Below, one piece after another: positions 36,954-47,950 of a DNA stretch of 64,000 bases; the stretch's first letter is position 1; each line of letters begins with the position of its first letter. The notes below the pieces were generated by a model. The model was not told the origin of the DNA and did not search any database. It saw nothing but the letters and a program-made list of their open reading frames with translations. The stretch comes from Candidatus Magasanikiibacteriota bacterium. GTDB taxonomy: Bacteria > Patescibacteriota > Patescibacteriia > Magasanikbacterales > GWA2-37-8. The DNA is taken from assembly GCA_026396515.1 (NCBI GenBank), contig JAPLWQ010000002.1, forward strand, positions 193,230 through 257,229, in the 5' to 3' direction. The position numbers and the translations under genes were made by a program.

Positions 36954-38033
36954 ATGACTACACAACTACTCACAATTATCTTGCTATCACTCCTAGTCTT
37001 CGTACTAATCGTCTTCGTTATCGTCCGCGGTTCAAGAAATCATTCTGGAAAAGACGACAATAACCTATATCTTTTGATTCAAAACCAAATACAGGATCTC
37101 TCCCGTCTTATGGACCAAAAAATGGGCGAAACAAACCGTACTATGAATGAGACGCAAACCAACCTTCACAAAACCATTCAAACGCAGTTTGGACAAAGCG
37201 CGAAAATAATATCCGATGTCACCGAGCGCCTGACCAAACTGGATGAGACCAACCGCCAGGTAATCGGATTTGCCGACCAGCTTCAGAATTTGGAAAACAT
37301 ATTACAAAATCCGAAACAACGCGGCATCCTTGGAGAGTATTATCTGGAAAATGTTTTAAAGAATGTTTTGCCACCGGGCTCGTATGAAATGCAGTATAAA
37401 TTTCCGGACGGAGATATCGTTGATGCAGTTGTGTTTGTGAAGGACAAAATCATACCAATTGACTCCAAATTCAGTTTGGAAAACTATAACCGTGCTGTCG
37501 GCGAGAAAGACCCGGTTCGCCGTGCCGAATTGGAAAATGATTTTAAAAATGATCTAAAAAAGCGCATTGATGAAACAAGCAAATACATCAAACCCAAAGA
37601 GGGGACGATGGATTTTGCTTTTATGTTTATTCCGGCCGAGGGCATTTATTACGATCTACTTATCAATCAAGTCGGCGCGATGAAGGTAAATACTCATGAT
37701 CTAATTGAATACGCTTTCAAAGAAAAACGCGTCATTATTGTTTCGCCAACTTCATTTCTCGCTTATCTGCAAACTGTGATGCAGGGCTTGCGCGCTTTGC
37801 AAATTGAGGATTCCGCCAAAGAAATTCGCAAGCGGGTGGAAGACTTAGGCAAACATATTTTGGCCTATGATGATTATTTAAAAAAGCTCGGCGGTAATCT
37901 TTCTACTACTGTGAATTCTTACAATTCCGCTTACAAAGAATTTAACAAAATTGATAAGGACGTAATAAAAATCGCAGGCGGAGAAAAACAAATTGAGCCG
38001 GTTTTATTGGATAAACCGAATGTTGAAGAATAG
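36954..38033 (+). CDS. rmuC: DNA recombination protein RmuC
   Basis: N-terminal TM helix, coiled coil, and C-terminal RmuC domain (FAFMFIPAEGIYYDLL...). Start set at MTTQLL. The track ORF start at 36729 overlaps the tRNA and palindromes; an alternative ATG is at 36894. Confidence 0.75.
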   Translation: MTTQLLTIILLSLLVFVLIVFVIVRGSRNHSGKDDNNLYLLIQNQIQDLSRLMDQKMGETNRTMNETQTNLHKTIQTQFGQSAKIISDVTERLTKLDETNRQVIGFADQLQNLENILQNPKQRGILGEYYLENVLKNVLPPGSYEMQYKFPDGDIVDAVVFVKDKIIPIDSKFSLENYNRAVGEKDPVRRAELENDFKNDLKKRIDETSKYIKPKEGTMDFAFMFIPAEGIYYDLLINQVGAMKVNTHDLIEYAFKEKRVIIVSPTSFLAYLQTVMQGLRALQIEDSAKEIRKRVEDLGKHILAYDDYLKKLGGNLSTTVNSYNSAYKEFNKIDKDVIKIAGGEKQIEPVLLDKPNVEE

Positions 38034-38086
38034 GTTAGTTTGTCATATATATTCGTTTGAATTTTTAATCATTTATTTTTAAATAT

Positions 38087-38611
38087 ATGAAGGGCATACT
38101 ATTTGGAATCCTATCCGCGGGCTTGTTGGCATTGAGCGGCTGCACAATTTTGGGGCAACAAATACAAATCACTCCAGTTCAAAATATTCCTACGAATAAT
38201 GGCGTATCCAATCCGACAACGCCGGCAGTTAAGACCAGCGTCAAATTGGATCTGAGCAACCAACAACTGACAAAAGTCCCGGAGTATGTTTTTAATATGA
38301 CCAATTTGGAAGAGCTAAATCTTTCCAATAATCAACTCACCGGCGCCATCCAGTCGCAAATTGGACAGCTGAAAAAACTCAAAGTGCTTAATGCCAGCAA
38401 CAACTTGATGACCGGCGTGCCGGCCGAGGTCGGCCAACTGCAAAATTTACAGGTGCTGGATTTATCAAACAACCAGCTAACCGGGCTGCCTAATGAGCTG
38501 GCTAATTTGAAAAATCTCAAAACATTTAATATCTCGGGCAATAATTATTCGACGCAGGATTTGAATACTATTATGAAGGGCCTGCCGGCAAGCGTGAATA
38601 TTATTAAATAG
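38087..38611 (+). CDS. Leucine-rich-repeat lipoprotein
   Basis: Lipobox LALSGC. Five LRR units LxLSNNQLTxxP... of 23-24 aa. Confidence 0.65.
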   Translation: MKGILFGILSAGLLALSGCTILGQQIQITPVQNIPTNNGVSNPTTPAVKTSVKLDLSNQQLTKVPEYVFNMTNLEELNLSNNQLTGAIQSQIGQLKKLKVLNASNNLMTGVPAEVGQLQNLQVLDLSNNQLTGLPNELANLKNLKTFNISGNNYSTQDLNTIMKGLPASVNIIK

Positions 38612-38663
38612 GTTCCCGCTCTGATAATAGCACGGAGCGCTCGCAATGTCTTAAATAAGAGCC

Positions 38664-38692
38664 TTGACATTTCTTGATGAATCCTCTAAATT
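38664..38692 (+). promoter_or_regulatory. Sigma70-like promoter of GC-rich cassette 2
   Basis: TTGACA, 17-nt spacer, TAAATT. SD AAGAGGAGGAG lies 5 nt before the ATG. Confidence 0.5.
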
Positions 38693-38736
38693 AACGGACA
38701 AGAAACAAACCACTGCCCTTTAAAGAGGAGGAGACA

Positions 38737-39003
38737 ATGGATCTGAAGATCGGTGAAGAAGTGATGCTCGTCTTGGATAAAAAAGGCGCCCTGGAAGAGC
38801 CATCCGACGACTTCGATGATTTCGCGGCGAGAGCACTACACGGTAGGATTATCGGTACGACCGACTACTACGTCACCGTCGAGATCATGGACGACCAGTG
38901 CTCCGTCAAGCGTCTCATCGTGATGGAATCCAACTTCGACAAGCTGCGCTTCCACCCCGTCATGCCCACCCTACAGAACGCTAACCCACCGCCCAGCGCC
39001 TAG
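38737..39003 (+). CDS. Hypothetical protein (GC-rich cassette 2)
   Basis: 88 aa, GC-rich, strong SD. Own terminator at 39031-39058 (CGACTCC-ACATCA-GGAGTCGTTTTCATTT). Confidence 0.45.
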   Translation: MDLKIGEEVMLVLDKKGALEEPSDDFDDFAARALHGRIIGTTDYYVTVEIMDDQCSVKRLIVMESNFDKLRFHPVMPTLQNANPPPSA

Positions 39004-39126
39004 CCAGAGCCCCTCCTTCCAATCCCGCCACGACTCCACATCAGGAGTCGTTTTCATTTCTATTGACAGAAACGCCAAAATCAATTAATATATGAACGCT
39101 CTCATTTTTTGTTCAAATTTCATAAT

Positions 39127-39381
39127 ATGCCAAATAAGCAAAATGCAAAAAAGGCTTTACGCCAAAATGTTAAGAGACAGGCTAGAAACAAGGCGAGAAA
39201 AACTGCTTTCCGCGAGGCGATAAAAAACGCCGGTAAAGCTGCTTCAGCAGAAGAAGCGAAGAAATTCGCCCGCGAAGCGCAGAAGGCATTGGATAAGGCG
39301 TCTAAGACAGGCGCGATCAGAAAAAAAACTGCTGCCCGCCGCCTCTCGCGATTGATGAAGAAGGTCAACAAAAAGAAGTAA
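39127..39381 (+). CDS. rpsT: 30S ribosomal protein S20
   Basis: MPNKQNAKKALRQNVKRQARNKARKTAFREAIKN..., 84 aa. Terminator at 39387-39417. Confidence 0.85.
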   Translation: MPNKQNAKKALRQNVKRQARNKARKTAFREAIKNAGKAASAEEAKKFAREAQKALDKASKTGAIRKKTAARRLSRLMKKVNKKK

Positions 39382-39467
39382 CATTAAAACCGTCAGCCCA
39401 TAGCTGACGGTTTTTTTAATATCGGCTTGTCCAATTGAGCAAGGGAATTTGAACAAGCTAAAAAGCA

Positions 39468-40466
39468 CTAAAGCTTCCCCACGAAAAAATCTATCAATAC
39501 CGCCTGATCCGCCAGACCGGTTTTTGTTTTAACATCAATTTCCAGCAACTCATCATACGCGCGCCTTAAATCCGTCATAGTAAACTTCCTAACAATCGGC
39601 ATGCTTTTTTTTGCCACAAACGGATGCAATTTCATTTTTTTTGCCATCACATCGCTCGTAAGATTGTCCTCCCGCTCCCAGAGGTCCCTCATCTGCAACA
39701 ATATCTTGAATTGCCGCATAATCATAGCAAACAAATATGATTCATCTTCACCCAACCGGCGCTGTTCATTGATTAACTTAAACGCCAATTTTTTATTTCC
39801 GGAAATGATCGCGTCAACCATGTTAAAAATGTTGTCATCAACTTTCTCGTCGATAAACAACCTTACATCAGCCGTACCGATTTCAGCGCCATTTTTAAAG
39901 GCGACAAGCTGGTCAATCAGTGAGTTTAACAACCAGACATCGCCGGCGTCGGTTGCAAGAATTGACGCCGCCCTCGCATCAATTTTCCCGCCGCGCTCTT
40001 TCATCTCTTTAATTATCCATTTTGTCAGTTCTGCCTGGCTCATAGCGACAAACTCGTAAGCAAATTTTCCTTTTGCCAATATTTCCTGCAATTTTTTCGC
40101 CTCGCCGGATTTGCCGATCGGTTCCCCCTGCCAAACTACCGCCACATTCGTATCCGGAATTTTATTACCCTCGACCAACTCGCGAACCCTCTCCAAAAAA
40201 TCTTTATCTTTTGCGCTTAACAAATTTTGTATTACAACCATTCTTTTTTCAGCCAAAAAAGGGAGAGCCAGCATATCCTGGAGTATTTTGCCGGGATCAT
40301 CCGACTCAGCGTCAAAAATCAGGGTGTTATACCCCTGAGGATCGCGCTTCGCCTTGAATTCATTCACACTTTTGCGCAAAAATTCCCGGCTGCGAAATGT
40401 GTCATCACCGTAGATATAGATGATCATAGACGGTGTCATAATACAATTCTTTACAAAACTTGGCAA
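39468..40466 (-). CDS. holA: DNA polymerase III delta subunit
   Basis: 332 aa with the layout of HolA: N-terminal Rossmann-like domain and C-terminal helical domain. An alternative start is at MTPSMIIYIYGDD. Confidence 0.65.
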   Translation of the reverse strand: MPSFVKNCIMTPSMIIYIYGDDTFRSREFLRKSVNEFKAKRDPQGYNTLIFDAESDDPGKILQDMLALPFLAEKRMVVIQNLLSAKDKDFLERVRELVEGNKIPDTNVAVVWQGEPIGKSGEAKKLQEILAKGKFAYEFVAMSQAELTKWIIKEMKERGGKIDARAASILATDAGDVWLLNSLIDQLVAFKNGAEIGTADVRLFIDEKVDDNIFNMVDAIISGNKKLAFKLINEQRRLGEDESYLFAMIMRQFKILLQMRDLWEREDNLTSDVMAKKMKLHPFVAKKSMPIVRKFTMTDLRRAYDELLEIDVKTKTGLADQAVLIDFFVGKL

Positions 40467-40514
40467 ATCAAATTAGAAAATGTATTATTCATCTATAATT
40501 TATTGTTTAACATT

Positions 40515-41210
40515 ATGGACAAAAAACATTCCTTAACGGCGTTATTCCACATGGCGGGTGATGAAGAAACCGGCAGTAATGTGGTTGATATGTATAAACT
40601 CCACCAGATTGCTGAAGATCAAGAACGAAAAAAAGTCGTCGGTGATACGGTGAAACATCTGGAAGAAATTTTAGCCGACATTGGCAGTATCCGGCTTAAG
40701 AAAGAAGACACAAAACAACAAGTTATTTTGAATAAACAAAAAGATACTTCCCGCGAACTTTTGAACGGTGTAATAGAAAGCGCGAAAACCTATCTTGAAA
40801 CAGTAATGAGTACTGAAAATTATAAACAAGGGAGAGAACACTTGGAACAACAGGATTATCTGGAAGGTCTTAAAAAAATGGATATAATGCGCGAACAAAA
40901 ACACAATCTTTTAATTGATGCTATTAACATCGCTAACCGTTATATATCGCTGCATTTCTCAAAATTGAAAACAGATGACCTTGATGCGTTTATCGAAGAT
41001 GAAGAAAATAAAGGAAGAGCCACAATAGATGTGCAAAGAATTATTTTACCGATTTCCGGAATATGTACGGCGGGAATTAATTTAAGAGACCGGAAATCAA
41101 TCGCCAACTGGGCCCGCGTGCTATCTTCAGAACTTTCGGACTATAAAAAAATCAACGGAAGAGACTATGCTCTTCCGTTGGAGGGTGGTGATGGAGGTCA
41201 GAGGGCTTGA
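40515..41210 (+). CDS. Hypothetical protein
   Basis: 231 aa from MDKKHSLTALFH. The upstream part of the track ORF overlaps holA. The 3' end runs into the GC-rich patch. Confidence 0.4.
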   Translation: MDKKHSLTALFHMAGDEETGSNVVDMYKLHQIAEDQERKKVVGDTVKHLEEILADIGSIRLKKEDTKQQVILNKQKDTSRELLNGVIESAKTYLETVMSTENYKQGREHLEQQDYLEGLKKMDIMREQKHNLLIDAINIANRYISLHFSKLKTDDLDAFIEDEENKGRATIDVQRIILPISGICTAGINLRDRKSIANWARVLSSELSDYKKINGRDYALPLEGGDGGQRA

Positions 41211-41425
41211 CGAAGCGCCGCGTCGCAGTAGGCGCGAACCTCGCTCTCAAGATCAATACCCGGTGGGCAATGAAGCTCGAGGCGCAGTTGCGTGATATTG
41301 TTATCAATCTCCGACTGGATTGGAGTGATAGGCTGGTTGTTGAGAGCCAGCCAACCGCGATCCATCATCAAAAAGTACGTTTCCCGAACCAGTTTCCTGG
41401 TATTGTCATTATCCGGCCGTATCAT
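41198..41425 (-). CDS. Hypothetical protein (GC-rich cassette 3, minus strand)
   Basis: 75 aa. Minus-strand promoter TTGACA-17-TAATGT (about 41466-41494), SD GGAAGGAGGG 8 nt before the ATG, and a terminator CAACGGAAGAG-CATAGT-CTCTTCCGTTGATTTTTTT at about 41152-41196. Confidence 0.4.
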   Translation of the reverse strand: MIRPDNDNTRKLVRETYFLMMDRGWLALNNQPITPIQSEIDNNITQLRLELHCPPGIDLESEVRAYCDAALRQAL

Positions 41426-41546
41426 CTAAATACCCTCCTTCCAAGGTAGTTCAGGTTAATGGAGAACATTATCACAACTTCCCCGGCCTGTCAATGCTGA
41501 TATCAAAAAACACCTGCTTGAGGGTGTTTTTTCTATTTTGACTAAA

Positions 41547-44225
41547 TTACTTTATCTCCCCCCAATTTTTTGCAGTATGCACCTCAACAATCACCGCTAC
41601 ACGCAAATGCACTACTGTTTCCATTGCATCTTTAACAATTTTTGACACTTCCCCTGCTAATCCTTCCTTTACTTCAAAAACCAGTTCATCATGCACCTGC
41701 AATAATAATTTTACTTCGTCCGATGAATATTTATTCAGCTTTTTTTCGATTTCGATCATCGCCATTTTCATGAGATCAGCCGCCGTGCCCTGCACCGGGT
41801 GGTTAATCGCCATCCGCTCAGCTGCCGCCCGTAATTGAAAATTCGATGCATTCAATTCCGGGATATACCGACGCCGGCCGAACAATGTTTCAGAGTAACC
41901 TTCCTTCTTAGCAAAGGCGATGGTATCTTCCAGATATTTCTTTACCCCGCTGAATTCAGAAAAATACTTATCAATAAACCGTTTAGCATCAGCTTGCGTC
42001 AGGTCAGCCCGCCAGCTCAAACCGTATGACCCCATTCCGTAAAGTACGCCAAAATTTACTTCCTTTGCCGCACGGCGCATTTCTTTTGTCACTTTATCAA
42101 GTGGCACGCCATTGATCGCTGCCGCTGTAGCACGATGGATATCTTCGCCGCGTTGAAAAATTTCTATCATTTTTTTGTCTTCAGCCAACGAGGCTACAAT
42201 ACGCAGTTCAATCTGAGAATAATCCGCACTAATCAGTATATTTCCTTTTTCAGCGATAAATGTTTTCCTAATTTCCGCTCCCAATTCAGAGCGGATCGGT
42301 ATATTCTGCAAATTCGGGTCTGAACTGGACAGGCGACCGGTCGCGGTCACCGCCTGATTATAGGTGGTGTGTACCCTGCCGGTTTTCGGGTTGACCAATA
42401 ACGGCAATACATCTACATAAGTATTTTGCAGTTTTGTCAGTTCGCGCCAGTGTTCAATTTTATCAATAATCGGATGGAGGCCACGCATTTTTTCCAGTTC
42501 AGCCGCGGCTGTAGACAAGCCGGTCTTGCCTTTTTTAATGCCCAGTGCCGGAATATCCATCTTCTCAAACAAAACCTCGCGCAATTGAACCGGTGAACCG
42601 ATGTTAAATTCAGAGCCGGCCATTTCATATATGGCCTTTGTCTCTCTTTGTATTTCGCCGGCGATATGTTTAGAAAGCCGATCCAGTTCCGCCAAATCAA
42701 CCGCTATTCCGTTTATTTCCATTTGCGCCAAAATCAGAGCCACAGGAATCTCAATTTTTGTCAGCAAATCCAAATTATTAGCGCTTTCAAGATCTCTCTG
42801 TAGGTTGTCTTTCGCCAATGTCAGCATGTGCAATTCTCCGATCGCCACTCGCGCGTCCGGACCAAATAAACTGTTTTGACTGCCGCCGCCAGATAGTTCT
42901 TTCCCTAAATATTTTAAAACAATACTTATCGGATCATGAGCTCGCGAACCGGGACTGAGTAAATATGAGGCAAGCATTAAATCAAATATTTCATTCCTTA
43001 GAAGCCACTTTTTATTCAGCAATATTTTTGCCAATTTTTTTATATCATGCGCAATAAGGGTGAGGGACTCGTCACTAAAGATATCTTTCATCATTTCCGC
43101 CGCTTCCTCTGAAATAAAATATCCATACTCGCCGATGACTAAGGCAAACCCATAAAATTTTGCCGAAAAAATATCATCACCCGAAGTTAAGGCACGGCAA
43201 CTGAACACGCCCATCTTTCTCAATTTATCGCCCACCTTTTCAAACGACTTTCTGTCATTTATTTCCTCAAATATTATTTTTTTAATCGCCCCGCGCTTGG
43301 TTTTCTCTTTCTTAACTAATTCCACAACCGGCGAACCGGGCAACCGTTTTAACAATGAAACGAATTCCATTTCCTGAAATAATTTAACCACTTTTTCGCG
43401 ATCGAAATCTTTAGCCCGGCAATCCTCGAGTATAAAATCAACTCCGGGCACATTCTGATCAATCGTCGCCAGCTCATAACTCATATTCGCACTCTCTTCG
43501 CCGGAAATTAATTTCTCCAAGACACCCGGTTTAATGCTGCTACTTTCTCTTTTCTTCTTACTGTTTACTGTTTTATAAATTTCTTTTACACTGCCAAATT
43601 TCTGCAACAACTCAACCGCTGTTTTTTCACCGACGCCGGGCACGCCCGGAATATTATCCGATGCATCGCCGCGCAATGCCTTATAGTCAATCATCTGCTC
43701 AGGATTAAAACCAAAAGTTTCTTTAACTGCCGCCGCGTCATAAGTAACCGTGTCGCTCATCCCTTTGCGTAAAGTAAAGACTTTAACATTTTTATCAATC
43801 AGCTGAAGTGTATCTTTATCTCCGGTAACAACCACTATTTCCAGATCGGTATTATTTTTAGTTTTCTTTACCACGGTGCCGATAACATCATCAGCTTCAT
43901 ATCCTTGCTTTTCAAAAATCGGGATATTAAAGGCCGATACCAAATCGTGAACCATCGGAATTTGGTCGTAGAGCTCCTGATCGGCTTTGACGCGGGTGGC
44001 TTTGTACTTGTCATATTTCTCATGCCGAAAAGTCGGGCCCGCCATATCAAAAGTTACAGCAATATATTCCGGTTTCAAATCACGCCATACTTTAAGCAGC
44101 ATGGAGGTAAAACCATAAACAGCGTTTACCAAAACACCCTTTTTCGTGATCATCGGCGGCAGGGCATGGTAGGCGCGGTGAATAATAGCATTTCCGTCAA
44201 TTATTATCAGGCGTTTCATATACAA
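41547..44225 (-). CDS. polA: DNA polymerase I
   Basis: 892 aa with 5'-3' exonuclease N-domain, central domain and polymerase motifs (RRAAKEVNFGVLYGMG, LLQVHDELVFE). Confidence 0.9.
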   Translation of the reverse strand: MYMKRLIIIDGNAIIHRAYHALPPMITKKGVLVNAVYGFTSMLLKVWRDLKPEYIAVTFDMAGPTFRHEKYDKYKATRVKADQELYDQIPMVHDLVSAFNIPIFEKQGYEADDVIGTVVKKTKNNTDLEIVVVTGDKDTLQLIDKNVKVFTLRKGMSDTVTYDAAAVKETFGFNPEQMIDYKALRGDASDNIPGVPGVGEKTAVELLQKFGSVKEIYKTVNSKKKRESSSIKPGVLEKLISGEESANMSYELATIDQNVPGVDFILEDCRAKDFDREKVVKLFQEMEFVSLLKRLPGSPVVELVKKEKTKRGAIKKIIFEEINDRKSFEKVGDKLRKMGVFSCRALTSGDDIFSAKFYGFALVIGEYGYFISEEAAEMMKDIFSDESLTLIAHDIKKLAKILLNKKWLLRNEIFDLMLASYLLSPGSRAHDPISIVLKYLGKELSGGGSQNSLFGPDARVAIGELHMLTLAKDNLQRDLESANNLDLLTKIEIPVALILAQMEINGIAVDLAELDRLSKHIAGEIQRETKAIYEMAGSEFNIGSPVQLREVLFEKMDIPALGIKKGKTGLSTAAAELEKMRGLHPIIDKIEHWRELTKLQNTYVDVLPLLVNPKTGRVHTTYNQAVTATGRLSSSDPNLQNIPIRSELGAEIRKTFIAEKGNILISADYSQIELRIVASLAEDKKMIEIFQRGEDIHRATAAAINGVPLDKVTKEMRRAAKEVNFGVLYGMGSYGLSWRADLTQADAKRFIDKYFSEFSGVKKYLEDTIAFAKKEGYSETLFGRRRYIPELNASNFQLRAAAERMAINHPVQGTAADLMKMAMIEIEKKLNKYSSDEVKLLLQVHDELVFEVKEGLAGEVSKIVKDAMETVVHLRVAVIVEVHTAKNWGEIK

Positions 44226-44297
44226 ATATTATACTCATTTTACGTCAAAACTGCGGTTTCCGCAACAGAATAAAAAACCCGCCGATGGCGGATTTTG

Positions 44298-44369
44298 AGG
44301 TACCGGTGGGAATTGCACCCACGCATAGAGGTTTTGCAGACCTCTGCCTTACTGCTTGGCTACGGTACC
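44298..44369 (-). tRNA. tRNA-Cys(GCA)
   Basis: Acceptor GGTACCG/CGGTACC, anticodon loop CTGCAAA, discriminator U73 typical of Cys, atypical T-loop TGCAATT. Terminator hairpin CCGCC-ATC-GGCGGGTTTTTT follows on the minus strand. Confidence 0.7.
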
Positions 44370-44420
44370 ATATTTTTTGTGCTAGAAATATAACACAAAA
44401 AATGTTCTCTTTCAAGATTG

Positions 44421-45806
44421 CTACCTGACGTATTTCAGTGGGTTCATTCTAGCGCCATTAACACGCACTTCAAAGTGCAGGTGGATGCCGGTTCGGCCGC
44501 GCACATTACCGGTGTTGCCCATTAAGCCGATTGTCTGACCGGTTGTTACCTGGTCGCCGACACTAACTAATAATTTATTATTGTGGCCATATAATGTAAC
44601 AACGCCATTGCCATGATCAATCATAATTTCACAACCATAGCCATTATTCCAGCCACATTGCGATTTGATAACCGTGCCGGCTCTGGCGGCGTAATTGGCA
44701 GTGTTCATCGGGCCGGCCAGATCTAAACCATAATGGCGCCAGCCGTAATACTGAGTTATCGTTCTCGCTGCTGTAGGCCAGACATAACCAGCCACAGTCG
44801 GAGCTTGAGCTGATGAAGCCGGTTTTGCGCCTGCATATTTGCCTTGCGTGGCGGTATACTGCAAAGGTGTCCGTACTGCAGGTGCCTCCTGTTTCGCGCC
44901 TCCCGGAACCATAATTTTTTCTCCAATCACTAAATCAGTACCATCCTCTTTTAAATTATTAAATTTAATAATGTCTTCCTGCTTTGAACCATATGCGGCA
45001 GCAATTTTCTTAAGCGTGTCTCCTTTTTTGATTGTGTGCATCACGCCGGTGGTCGGGGGTATCCGTATCGCATCACCCGGCCTGATTATTGATCGCACGC
45101 CAAGACTATTTTCCCACATCAGAGTAGCCACACTAATTCCATATCGATAAGCAATGCTTGATAGAGAATCTCCCGGTTCAATCGTATAATTGATAATATT
45201 TTTTCTTTCGACCCCGACAATGACCATCCCTGGGATAAGCGACGGCTTAATAACCGCGCCTCCGCCCAATGCCATCATGCCGAGCTCCGTTGAAACAACA
45301 TTTTCCTGCGAACCGCTACCGGCGGGTTCGCTTTCAACCGCTCCTGTGCGCCACACCGGCGCCGCAACCGGCACATATCCAGTATTTGAACCGCTCACTA
45401 TTTCTTCGACACCGTAGTCCTCGCCCGGTCCAAAAAGCTGGTAGGCAATGGTATTTTGCCCCGGACGCGCGCCAATTTCTTTTGACAATAATTTAGTCTG
45501 CGGCAACGCTGAAATAAAAAGTACAGCGAGTAAAATTAGCTGCAAATTGTCGCGTTTAAGCCACCAAATTTGATCCTTTCCCCAGCCCACCCGACGCAAG
45601 TAGTATTCCAACTTATAATTCCAGAAAGCAAAAAAACGCCAAATCTTGGCGGAAAATTTGGCTAATACATAATGCATTTTTGATCCAAGCCACCAGGAAA
45701 ACCGTTTTAGACCGATCAGCAAGTGCAGTATTTTTAACAACACCTTGTATTTCATATCTTGACGATACGGCCCTAATAGCATATTATATTTATCGCATAA
45801 AAGCAA
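44421..45806 (-). CDS. LysM-domain M23 family metallopeptidase
   Basis: Two LysM motifs (YTIEPGDSLSSIAYRYG, HTIKKGDTLKKIAAAYG). C-terminal M23 HxxxD...HLHFE (GHNNKLLVSVGDQV...GIHLHFEVR). Confidence 0.8.
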   Translation of the reverse strand: MLLCDKYNMLLGPYRQDMKYKVLLKILHLLIGLKRFSWWLGSKMHYVLAKFSAKIWRFFAFWNYKLEYYLRRVGWGKDQIWWLKRDNLQLILLAVLFISALPQTKLLSKEIGARPGQNTIAYQLFGPGEDYGVEEIVSGSNTGYVPVAAPVWRTGAVESEPAGSGSQENVVSTELGMMALGGGAVIKPSLIPGMVIVGVERKNIINYTIEPGDSLSSIAYRYGISVATLMWENSLGVRSIIRPGDAIRIPPTTGVMHTIKKGDTLKKIAAAYGSKQEDIIKFNNLKEDGTDLVIGEKIMVPGGAKQEAPAVRTPLQYTATQGKYAGAKPASSAQAPTVAGYVWPTAARTITQYYGWRHYGLDLAGPMNTANYAARAGTVIKSQCGWNNGYGCEIMIDHGNGVVTLYGHNNKLLVSVGDQVTTGQTIGLMGNTGNVRGRTGIHLHFEVRVNGARMNPLKYVR

Positions 45807-45851
45807 GATGAGGGAGACCTCTAAATTTAATCAATTTAATCTATTTTCTTT

Positions 45852-47849
45852 ATGACAACGAACGTTATTATTGCTCTAGGCGCAATTATCCCAGCTTTGG
45901 CCGCAGTGGTCTATGGCGTGATTCTTATCCGCTGGATCAACAAACAACCGGCCGGCGACGAACGCATGCAGGCCATTGCCCGCGCTATTCAAGATGGAGC
46001 CAAGGCCTATTTGGGCAGACAATACAAAACCATTGCCATGGTGGCAATCGTTATGTTTTTTGTAATCGGTATCGCGACCGATTGGATCACTGCCCTAGGA
46101 TTCTTGCTTGGGGCGATTCTTTCCGGGGCGGTCGGCATTATCGGTATGAATATATCGGTCCGAGCTAATGTGCGTACTGCCGAGGCCGCTAAAAAAGGTT
46201 TTAAGGAGGCATTAAACATGGCCGTCCGGGGCGGTTCTATCACCGGTCTTCTGGTGGCCGGCCTGGCATTGTTTGGAGTAGCCGGATTCTACATTGTTAC
46301 AAAAGATGTTTTTGCGCTCGTTGGTTTGGGTTTTGGCGCAAGTTTAATTTCTATCTTTGCCCGTATCGGCGGCGGAATCTTCACCAAGGCGGCCGATGTC
46401 GGCGCTGACTTGGTTGGAAAAGTTGAAAAAGGAATTCCTGAGGATGATCCGCGCAACCCGGCTGTTATTGCTGATAATGTAGGTGATAATGTGGGCGATT
46501 GCGCCGGCATGGCTGCTGATCTGTTTGAAACGTACGCGGTTACAGTCATCGCCGCAATGGTGCTTGCCTCGCTCCTCTTCCCGGGTAATAATAAAATTTT
46601 AATCTTGCCGCTCATTCTCGGCGGCGTGTCAATGATTGCTTCTATCCTTGGTACACTTTGCATCCGCGTCGGCAAAGATCAAAAAGTGATGAAGGCACTG
46701 TATAAAGGTCTTGCTGCTGCGGGCATTCTTGCCCTTATTGGTTTTTATCCGGTTACAAAATGGCTGGCTGCGGGATTGGAAAATATTAAAATTAACAACC
46801 TGTACCTCACGGGCATTATCGGTTTGGCACTCACGGGTATTATGGTTTTCCTCACTGAATACTATACTTCCCAAAAATATAAGCCGGTGCAAGCGATCGC
46901 CAAGGCCTCCACTACCGGACACGGCACAAATATAATCGCCGGCCTGGCAGTTTCAATGAAGGCCACCGTTCTGCCGGTTCTGTGTATAGTAGCCGCCATT
47001 CTTGCCTCATTCTGGCTTGCAGGCATTTTCGGCGTAGCCATTGCTGCCGTGGCCATGCTTTCGCTCACTGGTATTATCGTGACGATTGATGCTTACGGCC
47101 CGATTACTGACAACGCCGGTGGAATTGCGGAAATGGCAAACCTGCCAAAAGAAGTTCGCGATATTACCGATCCGCTGGACTCTGTCGGCAATACCACAAA
47201 AGCAGTAACAAAAGGCTACGCCATTGCATCAGCTGGTTTAGCCGCGCTAGTTTTGTTTGCCGATTTTACACACAAACTTCCCTCAACAATGCAATTTCTA
47301 ATCGATGATCCAAAAGTTCTCGCCGGTTTATTTATCGGTGGTTTACTGCCATACTTATTCGCCGCACGATTAATGGAATCGGTTGGAGTAGTGGCGGGAC
47401 AAGTAGTAGAAGAGGTTCGCCGCCAATTTAAAGAAATCACGGGAATTATGGAGGGCACAAACAAGCCCGATTATGGCAAGGCGGTTGATATTGTGACAAA
47501 GGGCGCTATTGGCCAAATGGTATTGCCGGCGTTAATCCCTGTTATTGCGCCTATCCTAGTAGGCTTTATTCTTGGTCCGCAGGCCTTGGGCGGCATGCTC
47601 GTCGGTACAATCATCACCGGTTTGTTTATGGCCATATCAATGACAACCGGCGGCGGCGCTTGGGATAATGCCAAAAAATATATTGAGGAAGGCAACCACG
47701 GCGGTAAGGGCTCCTTCGCCCATCAGGCCGCGGTCACTGGCGACACTGTTGGCGATCCGTACAAAGACACTGCCGGCCCGGCCATTAACCCCATGATTAA
47801 GGTCGCAAACATAGTAGCCCTTCTGATTGTTGGATTACTAATCCGATAA
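45852..47849 (+). CDS. hppA: Membrane-bound H+/Na+-translocating pyrophosphatase
   Basis: 665 aa with [20 protein letters not shown] and DNVGDNVGD signature motifs and about 16 TM helices. Confidence 0.9.
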   Translation: MTTNVIIALGAIIPALAAVVYGVILIRWINKQPAGDERMQAIARAIQDGAKAYLGRQYKTIAMVAIVMFFVIGIATDWITALGFLLGAILSGAVGIIGMNISVRANVRTAEAAKKGFKEALNMAVRGGSITGLLVAGLALFGVAGFYIVTKDVFALVGLGFGASLISIFARIGGGIFTKAADVGADLVGKVEKGIPEDDPRNPAVIADNVGDNVGDCAGMAADLFETYAVTVIAAMVLASLLFPGNNKILILPLILGGVSMIASILGTLCIRVGKDQKVMKALYKGLAAAGILALIGFYPVTKWLAAGLENIKINNLYLTGIIGLALTGIMVFLTEYYTSQKYKPVQAIAKASTTGHGTNIIAGLAVSMKATVLPVLCIVAAILASFWLAGIFGVAIAAVAMLSLTGIIVTIDAYGPITDNAGGIAEMANLPKEVRDITDPLDSVGNTTKAVTKGYAIASAGLAALVLFADFTHKLPSTMQFLIDDPKVLAGLFIGGLLPYLFAARLMESVGVVAGQVVEEVRRQFKEITGIMEGTNKPDYGKAVDIVTKGAIGQMVLPALIPVIAPILVGFILGPQALGGMLVGTIITGLFMAISMTTGGGAWDNAKKYIEEGNHGGKGSFAHQAAVTGDTVGDPYKDTAGPAINPMIKVANIVALLIVGLLIR

Positions 47850-47950
47850 ACCCGACTTGCCCCGTAGCGAGGCCGAAGGCCTCTGCTACTGGGGTAATAA
47901 AAGTGGCGAATATTGTTGCCTTGCTGATTGTTGGATTGTTGATTAAATAG
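47850..47950 (+). repeat. Palindromic insert plus duplicated hppA 3' end
   Basis: 47899-47950 (AAAGTGGCGAATATTGTTGCCTTGCTGATTGTTGGATTGTTGATTAAATAG) re-encodes the last 16 codons of hppA. It is separated from the real stop by a 48-bp imperfect hairpin CCCCGTAGCGAGGCC-GAA-GGCCTCTGCTACTGGGG. Confidence 0.55.

Noticed and set aside
40227-40514. N-terminal 96 aa of the 327-aa plus-strand ORF
   Set aside because: It overlaps holA on the opposite strand, and the composition matches a shadow ORF. The likely start is at 40515.
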